Origin: Octopus sinensis
Lineage: Eukaryota
Direction: 5' to 3'
Length of the DNA stretch: 64,000 nucleotides
NCBI RefSeq assembly: GCF_006345805.1
Contig: NC_042997.1
Coordinates: forward strand, 28,148,001-28,212,000
In this document: positions 28,829 to 42,431 of the stretch, in pieces
Position numbering within the stretch: the stretch's first letter is position 1
How the letters are laid out: each line of letters opens with the position of its first letter
Notes under the pieces: model-generated
Told to the model about the DNA's origin: nothing
What the model saw: only the letters and a program-made list of their open reading frames with translations
The model's database searches: none
Translations under genes and position numbers: made by a program

Positions 28829-29142
28829 GCTCGCTCGCTCTCTCTCTCTCTCACTATATATATATATATATATAACAAATAAAAAGGGTGACTTATTAGC
28901 AATCAGAACCTAAAGACAAAATTAATAGAGGTCACAAATGTGATGTAAGGTGAGAGTTTAATTTACTACAAACCCGCTAAATCACCGTTTTTAATGAGTG
29001 ATAAAGGGAGGTAAGTCCCTAGAGTATATAGACGTATCGCGATATCGAATTTTGGTGTAGACAAAAAATACATATTACCACCCTAAATATAACAATGCAC
29101 ACTCACAGACACAGACACATACGTATGTAAAGCTTATCTGTG

Positions 29143-29189
<47 letters not shown>

Positions 29190-29496
29190 TGTGTGTGTTT
29201 ATAAGTATCTGTATATGTTTACCTGTAAATATTCTAGTGAAATGTGCTATAGATTATATTATCTATTAAAGCGAGAAAATTTCCTTCCATAATTAAATAA
29301 GCTTTTGTTGTAGTGGATGCCTTTATAAATGCTTATTTCTCGACAAACATGCTATGTGCAGCTGTTAAATATATTAATCACAGGTCATTAAAATTTTTCG
29401 CCTCATATATAATGGTATGTATGTGAGCTAGAAGTAGCAGTTTTATAGCACTCACAGCAGTGTTGAATATTTCGCCGGAGGAATACTTGATATAGA

Positions 29497-29733
29497 TACC
29501 TATTTCTTTATTACCCTCACGGGGCTAAACATAGAGGGTACAAACAAGGACAGACAAACGGATTAGGTCGATTACATCGACACTAGTGCGTAACTGGTAC
29601 TTATTTAATCGACCGCGAAAGGATGAAAGGCAAAGTCGACCTCGGCGGAATTTGAACTCAGAACGTAACGGCAGACGAAATACCGCTAAGCATTTCACCC
29701 GGCGCGCTAACTTTTCTGTCAGCCCGCCGCCTT
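29497..29733 (-). mobile_element. SINE family B
   Basis: Full reverse-complement copy including the AAAGAAATAGGTAT tail. Confidence 0.9.
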
Positions 29734-30104
29734 AACCTATCTCTTCCTGTTATTTTGTCTGTCAGTGTCTCCGCCACTGTCTATCCGGTTCTCACTCACT
29801 CATTCACACACACAAACACTCTCTCATTTTTTTTTTCCTCTTTCTCGCTGCTATATTCCAATCCCATATTATTCGCACAATATTTTTCTTTCTATGCTCA
29901 AATCTATCGAAGCCTATTTGCTTCTGCCTGTCCCTTCTCAGACAACCATTGCTCCTATTAATTCGCTACGTGTGTATGTGTACGTCTGTATGTCTCTACG
30001 TGTGTATGTCTCTACTTGTGCGTAAGTGTACAGGTTTGATCTATATATATATCTATAATATATATATATATATATATCTATAATAATATATATATATATA
30101 TATC

Positions 30105-30179
<75 letters not shown>

Positions 30180-30369
30180 ATTTATATATATGTATATATA
30201 TATATATAATTTAAAGGGCTAAATGTATTAGAATTTTCTCTGATTCTTCAGATTTTGTATGCTAGGCTACTGGTTTTAAATTGATATTAATTAAATTAAT
30301 TTTCAATTTATCTCCCTCATTATTTAAATGTTTATTTAAATGTATATCCTTAAATCCTTAAAAATGTTT

Positions 30370-30650
30370 TAGCCCGAAGGCCGCGGCCATGCTGGGGCAC
30401 CGCAGGCGCAAGAGTGGCTATGTGGCAAGAAGTTTTCTTTCCCCCACTCTGTGGCAAGAAGCTTGCTCGCCACCACAAACATCGCCTGACAAACGATGTT
30501 ACTTCCCTGTAGCATAGCGGCTCGGCAACAGACCAATTTCATAAGCACTGGGGGATTACAAAGCATTAGTCCTGGGGTCGATTTCTTCGACTAAAACAGG
30601 TGCTTCTGCATGGCCGCATTCAAATAACTGAAACACCTAAAAAAATAAAG
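30370..30650 (+). mobile_element. Rearranged, diverged SINE family A copy
   Basis: Head GGCGCAAGAGTGGCTATGTGG and tail CATGGCCGCA..ACTGAAAC, preceded by an inverted tail fragment. Confidence 0.6.
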
Positions 30651-31089
30651 AACACGTACACACACACACATACACACACATATATATATATATATATAAG
30701 CAATAATACAAATGTATACCGAAAGTATTCACCTATTCAGAGCACATTTATATAAAACATTGCGCGCATTACCTTTCATTACAACCTGAATCAAAGAACA
30801 TGACCATCACGTAAAAGCATATGCGTAAACATTCTTCCTCCTATCTCTCCATGTCGAATATTCAGTAGAACTGGCTGTATGTTTGTTTTATTGTGTTATT
30901 CCTTGTACTATATTTTGATAGATACTTCACCTTTTGACAGAGTCAGAGCCAATTATTTTCATACCAAAATACTTCTTGAATTATCTAGTCGGATATACTA
31001 ATTTACGTTTCAGATCACTTCCACTGGTACTTCATTATATATATATATTATATATATATATATATTATATATATATATATATATAATAT

Positions 31090-31151
<62 letters not shown>

Positions 31152-31225
31152 GACTATTTTCTCTTTCTCACTAGACCACTGGTGGCGAACAGATTTCTAT
31201 TGAATTTTTTGCTACCCTATATTGA

Positions 31226-31268
<43 letters not shown>

Positions 31269-31857
31269 TATATATATATTATATGTATATACATATATAT
31301 ATGTATGTATACACACAAACACACACTCATACACGCACACAAATATATAAAGAATGCTATTAAGATTATTGCAAATATGTATTTCATCTGCATGAGGATT
31401 CGAGTTACATATTTATGGAAATATTGTTCGTACATTGATTCACATACTTTTTTGTATTCAACCAAGCGTATCTACAAAACCATCTTAACAAATCATTTTG
31501 TTTCTTCCATTACATTACTTTTTACAGCTTCTATTGACATCAAGAACAGCTTCACATGAGGCTGACAAAACCAATTTCTTCAAGGATAGAAATCTGGGAA
31601 AATATTGTTCGAGGCATTAATGCACGAGACATCAATAATAAGAAACTAAGCATATAATATAAAAAGAATAAGAAGATGAGCACATCAAATATATCGCATT
31701 TATGTTTATGTCGGGATGAATAGACGTTTCTGCTTTTATTTGCTATTTACTATTGGTTTAATACACATGTAGTTCACATTTTTTATCTTTAGTATGATTT
31801 AGAAACAGGTGATGGCTATTACTGAACAATGCTATTTTCTTAAGTGAAGCAACGAGC

Positions 31858-31869
<12 letters not shown>

Positions 31870-31892
<23 letters not shown>

Positions 31893-32470
31893 AACAAAAA
31901 ATCAAATACCTTGAATCTAATCATCTTACAGGTAGCCAAATAACAGGAATCCACTCACTAATACCAACCACACACCATGCACCTCCACAAACTACACTAA
32001 CAATAAGAACACTACTGATGACCCCAAGAGCAACAACACCAATATGAACAATGCTAAGGCTCATACACAAACCACTAATAACAACAAAAATAACCAAAAC
32101 ACTAATACCGGTAAAGTGATTTTAAATAATATTAACAATATTAAGGAAACTAATAACACGAAGTACGCAAATAAGTCCCAAAATAACATTAGCTACAAAC
32201 ATAATAGTATAAACCTACACATCGGTACCAATAAAGCTAAAGTCACCCAACGAACCAATATGAACTCTGTTAATAGTAATAAAACCAAGCCTTCTAACCT
32301 ACATGAACCATACGATAATAACACCAATAGGACAGACAAAAGTAACACGAAAATGAAACCTAACTATGTATATAACCAAGATACATACAACCATAAATTA
32401 ACACGAATCACAAACATGAAGGATAGCTTCTATACTAGAAAAAAACAACACAAAACATAAACAAAATAGT
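31870..32470 (+). pseudogene. Asn/Thr-rich low-complexity ORF remnant, possibly a PLE N-terminal region
   Basis: A/C-skewed strand, 138-aa ORF 32044-32460 ending FYTRKKQHKT. No diagnostic motif. Confidence 0.25.
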
Positions 32471-32689
32471 GATAAAATCTGACTCGTAATCCCATGCACC
32501 ATGCACTTCAAATAAGAACATAGTTCGCTCATTAATGAAAATCATAGATAAACACCTAAACGTTAATATTGAATACACAGAATTATTTAGGAATAAAATC
32601 AGAATAGGCCACAATAATAGCCACAAGAAATAATCTAAGAACTAGACAAATTGTATGAAACTATAACGATAAAAAGACAGCCAAGTAAT

Positions 32690-32970
32690 AGAACTAAGCC
32701 CACCACTAACATGGAAAATCATAATAGTCCGACTTGCATGAAAATCAGAAAATGTGCAGATATGAAATGTGCTCGTCGCTTCTACTCTGTGACCAGACCA
32801 ATCAGTTTCTCGACCGTGTTGTAACTTGCGATAAAAAGTGGATTCTATACAATAATAGAAATCTTTCTTCGCAGTGGTTGGACGAAAATTAAGCTCCAAT
32901 GCTTAACCACACGTTTCACTAACGACGCTCTAGAATTTGAGGGAAGTTGGTTATGAAGTTCTTGAAATTC
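32690..32970 (+). mobile_element. mariner transposase fragment
   Basis: FLDRVVTCDKKWILYNNR..QWLDE matches the mariner first-Asp motif (IVTCDEKWILY). Confidence 0.8.
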
Positions 32971-33039
32971 TTGAAATATATTGTGATGAATTTCCTGTTT
33001 CAAAACGTTGCTTACCCTTTCCTAAGCTGAATATATCTA

Positions 33040-33245
33040 TATATAGGGAGAGTTTACGAAAAAAACGAAAGACGAAGACAGGTGGTGTACAAAACAAACA
33101 GATGTATTAGTATAACGCTCAGGAATAGAAAAAGTATTTTACGTTTCGAGCCTACGCTCTTCTATAGAAAGGGACATAGATAAAACAAGGAGAGAAACAA
33201 GGAGAGAAAAAAAAGTGTGTAGTGGCTAACGATCTATCATGGCGA
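33040..33245 (-). repeat. PLE-type short repeat with a hammerhead-like motif
   Basis: Minus strand CUUU-CUAUAGAA-GAGC guag GCUC-GAAA-CG-UA-AAA (33135-33173). Related partial copies at 34773-34805 and 35883-35915. Confidence 0.45.
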
Positions 33246-33278
33246 TATATATATATATATATATATACATATGTAAGC

Positions 33279-33345
<67 letters not shown>

Positions 33346-33368
33346 AGCATATATATGTATGTATGTAA

Positions 33369-33418
<50 letters not shown>

Positions 33419-33567
33419 TTATTGTATTTCGGGATGGTCATTTGCTTTTTGCTAAAAACACATGTTCTATATATTCGTTCTTCACGCGTTTATTGCTATT
33501 ATTATTTTAACTCATGCGCATTGTTCGGAAATCTTCTATAGAAAAACAGAATGAATTAAGCGGAGTA

Positions 33568-33663
33568 GGGGCATACGCGAGGACACAGATTGTCGGTGTA
33601 GAGGTCACAAATGTGTGACGAAATAAATATATGTATACATTTATATACATATATATATACATA

Positions 33664-33721
<58 letters not shown>

Positions 33722-33774
33722 ATATATTATATCATATATATATATATATATATATACTATATATATATATATAT

Positions 33775-33805
<31 letters not shown>

Positions 33806-33994
33806 CATATACATACATACATCCATACATTTCCATATCTTCCAGCACATCACTAAGGTAGATTGCAGCGTATGAGGTTTGAGGGCCAGCTGCGCATGGG
33901 GCATGCACGAGGACACAGATTGTCGGTTGTAGAGGTCACAAATGTGTGACGAAATATATAATATATATATATATAATATATATACATATATATG

Positions 33995-34052
<58 letters not shown>

Positions 34053-35138
34053 TATATATATACATACATACATACATATACATACATACATACATATATA
34101 CATACATACATACATACATCCATACATTTCCATATCTTTCCAGCACATCACTAGGTAGGTAGATTGCAGCGTATGAGGTTTGAGGCCAGCTGCGCATGGG
34201 GCATACGCGAGGACACAGATTGTCGCTGTAGAGGTCACAAATGTGTGACGAAATATATATATATATATATATATATACATAAATGCATACATACTTACAT
34301 TTGCATTTCTTTCCAGCACATCACTAAGGTGGATACATATATCTATGCATACATATATGTATGTATACATACATATATGCGCATACTTACATACATATGT
34401 ATATGCACATGCAAATATGAGTACAGGACGTCATAAAGCGTAAACGACATGAAAAACGAAATACCAAAAATGGATTGTGGAATGACCGGAGAATGTGTAG
34501 AGTGAACACTACTGTGCTCTCCATACATTCTGATTGCATCTTCCTTGAGTGTACACGTACCTCCTTACGACAATGTGAACGTTAATCTAATCAAGACATC
34601 CTTGGCCGAAAGAGTATCCGGCAGTATACACCTCACTTGGATTTTATCACTTCTGAGGTTCCGCACGCTAGGTAACATATGTAATCCTGATCTTTCCTAC
34701 TCCATTTCGTAACTCTTGGACCACTGAACTCAGCATGTTGTTTTCATTCTGTCTCTATTTGTTTTCTCTTATTCTTTTCTGTCGAAGAGCGTAGGCTCAG
34801 ACTTTTCCACTTTTCCCGACCGTCAATTAATACACTTGGTTGCTGTTCCTACACTTCCTACACTTCGTTTTTACATCTCTAAAAATTTGAAGTCTATATA
34901 TATAACTATAGATAAGGGTATCTGAGAGACATCATCTTGCCGAAATGGCAGTCAAACCCTGACTTTAAAAACCACCTAAAATGTTCATATCGCACCAGAG
35001 AGACAAAATATACTAGCAAAAAGATATTACTGGATAATTCAAGATCCAGGATTTCTAGCTTTGCTTCAAATAAGCTCTGCTTTCGTCTGTTGAATATACT
35101 ACATTAGCACATAAATATAAATATATATATATATATAT

Positions 35139-35170
<32 letters not shown>

Positions 35171-35180
35171 CATATATATA

Positions 35181-35214
<34 letters not shown>

Positions 35215-36216
35215 CATACATACATACATACATCCATACATTTCCATATCTTTCCAGCACATCACTAAGGTAGATTGCAGCGTATGAGGTTTGAGGGCCA
35301 GCTGCGCATGGGGCATACGCGAGGACACAGATTGTCGCTGTAGAGGTCACAAATGTGTGACGAAATATATATATATATATATATATACATAAATGCATAC
35401 ATACTTACATTTGCATTTCTTTCCAGCACATCACTAAGGTGGATACATATATCTATGCATACATATATGTATGTATACATACATATATGCGCATACTTAC
35501 ATACATATGTATATGCACATGCAAATATGAGTACAGGACGTCATAAAGCGTAAACGACATGAGAAACGAAATACCAAAAATGGATTGTGGAATGGCCGGA
35601 GAATGTGTAGAGTGAACACTACTGTGCTCTCCATACATTCTGATTGCATCTTCCTTGAGTGTACACGTACCTCCTTACGACAATGTGAACGTTAATCTAA
35701 TCAAGACATCCTTGGCCGAAAGAGTATCCGGCAGTATACACCTCACTTGGATTTTATCACTTCTGAGGTTCCGCACGCTAGGTAACATATGTAATCCTGA
35801 TCTTTCCTACTCCATTTCGTAACTCTTGGACCACTGAACTCAGCATGTTGTTTTCATTCTGTCTCTATTTGTTTTCTCTTATTCTTTTCTGTCGAAGAGC
35901 GTAGGCTCAGACTTTTCCACTTTTCCCGACCGTCAAATTAATACACTTGGTTGCTGTTCCTACACTTCGTTTTTACATCTCTAAAAATTTGAAGTCTATA
36001 TATATAACTATAGATAAGGGTATGTGAGAGACATCATCTTGCCGAAATGGCAGTCAAACCCTGACTTTAAAAACCACCTAAAATGTTCATATCGCACCAG
36101 AGAGACAAAATATACTAGCAAAAAGATATTACTGGATAATTCAAGATCCAGGATTTCTAGCTTTGCTTCAAATAAGCTCTGCTTTCGTCTGTTGAATATA
36201 CTACATTAGCACATAA

Positions 36217-36290
<74 letters not shown>
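33568..36290. repeat. Nested local tandem duplication (~300-bp unit x3-4 plus ~1114-bp unit x2)
   Basis: GGGGCAT(A/G)C(G/A)CGAGGACACAGATTGTCG at ~33568, 33898, 34198, 35309; long copies 34117-35230 and 35231-~36290 are near-identical. Confidence 0.9.
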
Positions 36291-36292
<2 letters not shown>

Positions 36293-36454
36293 GTATATAT
36301 ATACAGAACACACGTTATACTTACATATACGAACGTCCAAACTTACATATATATGCACGTATGTACAAGGCCAGACTTAAATTGCCCGCCAACTAACTCG
36401 TAAACGCGATATGGTCAAAATAAACACAGCAGTGAATATAGTGACAAATTATAT

Positions 36455-36725
36455 AAATTTATAAATAAGGATAATATCGATATTTAAATATCAATATTAT
36501 CAAGTGGCCAGCATGGGAATAAATACCATAAAACGGTAATAATTTTCCACAAATATAAATAAGGGTCCCTGAGAGGTGGTTTTTGGAGTCAGGGTTTGAC
36601 TGTTATTTCGGTATGGTGGTGTCTCTCAGATACCCTTATTTATAGTTGTGAAAAATTATTACCTTTCGATGGTATTTATTCCCATGCTGGCCACTTGATA
36701 ATATCGATATTATCCATATTTATAA

Positions 36726-36728
<3 letters not shown>
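36455..36728. repeat. Imperfect inverted repeat (~110-120 bp arms, ~46 bp spacer)
   Basis: ATTATCAAGTGGCCAGCATGGGAATAAATACCAT..AAGGG mirrored by CCCTT..ATGGTATTTATTCCCATGCTGGCCACTTGATAAT. Confidence 0.85.
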
Positions 36729-36764
<36 letters not shown>

Positions 36765-36785
36765 AATTTCAAATATATATGTATG

Positions 36786-36816
<31 letters not shown>

Positions 36817-37955
36817 ATGTGCGTGTATTAATGAATATATATGCACAGCTTCTGCCTCATTGTCTACATACGGAACACATATGCATTTATATATTATTCC
36901 TCTATGTAGTACAAAAGAGACGGTATCTATTGACAATATGTGATGATATATATGACACTGACGAAGCAGAGATTAACCGGTGTCGGGGAAACTAGTGAAA
37001 GAAAACTTATCAATGCTTCACATATTTAAATCGGTTTGCATGTGATTAGGTTAATATCTTACAAAGCTGGAAAAACTGTATTAACTGGGAACCATATCAT
37101 TATGATGATCTATCAATGATGAATAACTGGAGATTTTTATCAAGTACACATGCACAAAATCATGCCCTCATATATGAATGTGTACGTGTATAACTATACA
37201 TACATAACATTATTTACATTGTTTACATTCGACGGATATTTTCCTCATCTTGTTTGTTGCTAACACAACCTTTCAGCTTGAAGTTATGCACTACTTCAAG
37301 TTATTTGCCCGTTCATATTTTTTTAATTTAATCGTATTTTCATCATCTTTTTAATTTCCACTCATACCTGTTTGTGCCTTTATCTAAATGTATTAAATTC
37401 ATGAACAAGATTATAAGATAATATCTTAATTCGTTAGCATTTACATTTAATTTCTGATGTAGACCTTAAGCGCGTCGAATATTCCTCACAGAGTGATGAA
37501 AAACAAATCTGAGAAGTGTCTGCTAACATTTACAGCCAGTAATCTGTAAATAATTCTTCGCTTTTAATTTTATACACTCATTAATTTGACATAATCATAA
37601 TGCAGATATCAAATAATCATGAGTTACTAATACCCATCGTTTCAATTAATGAGTGCAGGCTCGTACATACACTTCTGATCATATAAAACTCTAAACTTAG
37701 AAAATAACTTTATTCAAAACTTGCTAATATGTAATTACGTCTAGCTCCAAAAATCATAAAATCTTTTATCAACACGCCTCCCTATTAACATTTGTAAGAA
37801 TGGTTGCATGTATGAATGAGAACATTAACAAAATCAAATATATTTAAAGTCATATGTGTGTGAGTTCATGGGCACACATGCGTGTGTGTACGTGTTAGTG
37901 TGAATGTGTGCATGTGTGTCTGTGTTGCGTATAATATACATACATACGTACATAC

Positions 37956-37986
<31 letters not shown>

Positions 37987-38068
37987 ATACATATATACAT
38001 ATATATATACATGTATATATCATATATTATTTATTATCTAATTGAACGACACATCCATTTCCAAGTAA

Positions 38069-38109
<41 letters not shown>

Positions 38110-38339
38110 TATATATATAATGCAGTGCTCCAACACGGCCGCAGTCAATTGATAACTTATGAACAACTTAAACTTAGATATAGTTAGGCAAAAATTGTGC
38201 CCAGACGAGATCTAAATTAAATGCACCACCTATTAGAATCTCTTAAATCCTTTTTAATTCAAAGTTTGTGGTATCGTTACCCATTGAAGTTTGAAGTCGT
38301 TATTGACTGAAATGTATCCAGATGTATCCTCACAACCTC

Positions 38340-40353
38340 GAAATCAACAGCGAACTACCTAGACTCAAACAAATCAAACTTATTAGATAAACGCCCTTCC
38401 CCATCACGCAACATTACTAAATCCCAATACCTGACCTTGCAAAACTTAAGAAACAAAAACCTCATCTACATACTTTCAGACAAATGAAAAGAATTCTGCA
38501 CTGTATACAAACCCACATACAACAAACTAGTTATCGAACACCTCAGTGACAAAACACTATACGAAAAGGTCCACAATATCATATCTCACCAACTGGAGTC
38601 CATCTCAACATCAGCTGGACCAGCATCTGTCACCGAAGGAATCTCTCTAAGAGGGCTAGACTGAACTTCAAATAAAAGAAACCACCCTTCCATCCTTTTA
38701 CCATTTAATAAAAATCCACAAACCCGGACGTAAGCTTAAAATGAGACCCATAGTATCAGGAATTAACGTTCCTTTCTATAAGATTTCATGGCTCCTCTCT
38801 AGACTCCAGAAACCCTTACTACATGCATTCCCCGGATACGTCAGCAGCTGCCATGAAATCTTCATAAGACCCAAATATATCGACTCCTCCATAATTAAAA
38901 CTAACAAATACCCTTTTAGTTTAGACGTAGTTTCCCTCTACACCTCTGTACCCGCTCTCCCTGTCGTTGATATCCTCATAGACGACATCACATCCTTATC
39001 TACCCCACATCTCCTTACCCGTCACCTCCCACCCTATCTCTCCCTCCTTCACGTGCAACTTCCTCCTCCCCATCTTACCCTTAATCTTCTTTCACCTCCC
39101 CATCGATCAACCCCCAGCTTTTCGGCCTCACGTTCTCGCACATAAGAGAGTTACTAACCATTATATTTGGTAACACCTACTTCAAATATGAAGGTGAGAT
39201 AATAAGATGAATAGTATCGTGGCCAATGCTAGCAACAATATTTACACCTATCATAACAATAAAAACTCTGTCTTAGTATCGGATGTTAACCCCAACAGAT
39301 TAAAGTTCCTATCCAAAAATTCCAAAATTAGAAACACCATTTACCAGTGCAAAATTTCTTCGGGAACCGGTGTCTTCTACATTGGAGCAACTTCTTCTAA
39401 ATTAGCCCATAGGATATCCAACCATTACTCAACTTTCAGAGATTAGAGAAAACAACACAGCACGGGACTAAGTGAATTAGTTTGGCGTCTGAAGGACAGC
39501 AATACAAATTTCAAACTGGAATGGTCCATTTTGTCGGCAGAAAACATTGTGGCGTCTGTAATTCCGAACTTTTTCATATTTTGTTCGCCAAAGTCCCTTT
39601 AATAAATACAATCGTCGAGAGGTCCTACAGATGCATGCACTGGCAAAAACACACCTTTCAATCATATGAATAATGATTAATATAGATAGCCCCTTGAATT
39701 TTAATTGATATAACTTTTTTTTTTATATATTTCACCCCCATAGTAAAAAAAAATTATTTTTATACTTTCAAAGAACTACTACCCAATCCAGTGAGTATGT
39801 GTTACTTTTGTCCCTATACCTCGCCCTCCTCTTTCTCTCTCTCTTTCCCTCTATCTATAGTAAGCACATTCAAACACACAGACACAAACCGTTCACCTCA
39901 CCACTGCCTGTTTTCTGACACCCACCCATCCACAAACACAATCACACACACACACACACACCACACACACACACATTAATGCCGTTATATACAGTCACAC
40001 ACACAGACACTCATTCACAAAAGAAAATTCACCATTCATTTGAACTGCACCCTTTCACCTTCCTATTCTTATGCCTCTCTTCTCCTACTTCGTTTGAACC
40101 CTTGAACCTTTAGAACCTTCTAGATTCTTCTACATCCAACCATTTTGACGTTACTCCTTATAAAGGAATTTTTTAAAGAGACACTCATTTTCACTATGGG
40201 CTCCGTGTGAGCAGTCATCTAAAAGTTTTTTGTGCATCTTGATGTTGACATAAGTTCCTTGCTTTTCCTGATGAGAAAGCGGCATAATATACTCCTTATT
40301 CCTTCGCAATTAGGAATATGCAGCCTTCGAAACATATGTCGAAAATAAAGGAA
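38340..40353 (+). mobile_element. Decayed Penelope-like retroelement (RT + GIY-YIG endonuclease remnant, 3' hammerhead)
   Basis: RT motifs KIHK..MRPIVSGIN and FSLDVVSLYTSVP (38710-38950); GIY-YIG-like TIYQCKI..FYIGATSSKLAHRISNH (39330-39430); EWSIL and C/H-rich C-terminus ending 39673; multiple stops and frameshifts. Confidence 0.85.
40255..40353 (+). ncRNA. Type I hammerhead ribozyme with canonical core, PLE-associated
   Basis: UUCCUUgcUUUUC-CUGAUGA(40268-74)-long stem II (GAAAGCGGCAUAU/AUAUGCAGCCUUC, 2 mismatches)-GAAA-CAUAUG-UC^GAAAAuaAAGGAA. Confidence 0.8.
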
Positions 40354-41929
40354 TTTTGTTAATTCGCCGTTCAACTCCATTCTTTCATATATTTATATTT
40401 AAAAAAAAACATACAAATTTCCACACGAAAGCACGTAACTTCAAACGTGTCTTCTCTGATGTGAATTTGCTACCCAGGTATCGGTTAACCGAATTATCCA
40501 TAACAAGATAATTCATTCAACTACTCAAATATATATATATATATAAATGATGTATGTCTTCATAAACCGTTATGTGCGCCGTTTCGAGCGAAATCTAGAA
40601 CTAATATTTACATATGTATCCTTAACACCGCTTGACAGATCAAGAAGCAAAATAAAGTGTTTGCTCTACTGTATGTCTTAAGAGAGTATATTCTCCCTTT
40701 TACAGCGACAGTTTGTTGGAGACACTCGGGTCATTGTTAGATAGCATTCGGTAACAGCAGTGCTCCGACTTATACTTACATCCGCTTACTCAGACACAGA
40801 CATATGTCCGCGCTCACCCTCTCACGTTACAGTATGCAACAAGTTTAAACCGTATGTATACAAAAGTACTCGATGGAAACAAAGCGTAAAGAACTTTTAT
40901 ACTGGAACGATGACTATTTAATATCACTACAACGAATACACACATGCATGCAGACACTCCCATATATGTGTGTGTTGTAGTATTAAATTAGGACATAATC
41001 CACAACGTATAAGCTTTCCCCTAAGTTTCTTGCATATGTAGAATGCATTTTAAATATGTTGAATAATGCAAACCACGCTGACGTTAAGCCCTTGCTAAAT
41101 TTTGCCATTCTGAAGTTGATTTGATTTTTTTCAGTTTTAGACAGCTTGACTTTTTTGATATTCAAAATTATTATTAAACCACGAAAATATTTAACTATAA
41201 ACACAATATTATTTCAACTTCATATTACAACACCCAACGGATGCTGACTCTTCACAAGGCTTATGTGAGTCTCACATAAGATTTCTCATATCACACCTTA
41301 AATGGTGCTCAAGATGCTATTCAAACACTAAAAACGAACAGCTGCTGTTCCATCTACCTATTTATTTAGTCACAACAAGAATATCTTATGTGATTTATAT
41401 CATTCTGTTTTGTTTTCTTTTTATTTACTTCACATGTTTACATGTTGATATCATTTTTCTACAAACTTTTCTACAAATTTTTTAATTTCCTGTCTAGAAT
41501 TAATTGTTTACTTGATGATTGCTAAAATCATTATCATTGCATGCTTTATAAATATTTATGAACCTTTGCATATTTTTTTATATCTAGTTTGTGAAGGCTT
41601 TCTACTTCAATAAATCACGTCGTTTACATCCGTCCGTCCGTCCATCCGTCCATCCGTCCATCCATCAATCCATCCATCCAAACATACATACACACACACA
41701 TACACACACACACATATATAATTGTTAAAGAGGACAACAAACGTTGATGCAAGGCAGATATCTCAAGTCATATACGTTATTATTTTATGAAGAAAATATT
41801 TTTCTACAAACTTGTTGAGCCACATTTTCCATGTACCTAGTCGTTTAGATCACCTGTGAACTAAACCCCCATATTTTGTATAAATTGCTGCGCAGAGAAC
41901 TCAATATAGGTCCTGCTCATTATGGGCAA

Positions 41930-42120
41930 ACAATTCCTCCGCATCTTACTCAAGGACATACCCATTCCATCTCAAAAAACTTCTATTAATTAGCAAAGCA
42001 AATGATCTTATCCGAAGAATGAGATGGAAGGCCTTCTTAATCTATACCTTTCTGATTTTCCGTGTCTCCGATACCGGAATATCCCATACTCTGCGATATC
42101 CCAGAAATAGCTGTAAGACT
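41930..42120 (+). mobile_element. Penelope-like 5' ORF fragment followed by a decayed hammerhead
   Basis: Frameshifted LKDIPIPS / LISKANDLIRRMRWKAFL (PLE N-terminal-like). Then GUCU-ccgauac-..gauauc..gauaucc-GAAA-uagcug-UA-AGAC with a mutated core. Confidence 0.5.
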
Positions 42121-42392
42121 TTGAATTTTCTTCCAATAATATTAATAATAATGTATATGACTTGAGATGTTTGCCCTGCCTTAAAGTTTGTTGACCATTT
42201 TATATCCGATTTATCAATGGCTCCATAATTACCATCTTGGCTATAGCCCTGGAGCCCTAGTAACTAACCTGTTACAGTGCTTACCCAGCGTACCTTGTTT
42301 AGATCACCTGTGAACTAAGCTCCCATATTTTGTGTATGTGTATGTATGTATGTATGTATGTATGTATGTATGTATGTATGCATGTATGTATG

Positions 42393-42431
<39 letters not shown>

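Noticed and set aside
36950-37000. CUGACGA...GAAACUAGUG hammerhead-like motif
   Set aside because: G at the cleavage position, stem II poorly paired and no stem I; at best a dead remnant.
37210-37280. AACACAACCTTTCAGCT resembling the 3' half of a minus-strand PLE hammerhead
   Set aside because: Truncated and mutated; core absent.
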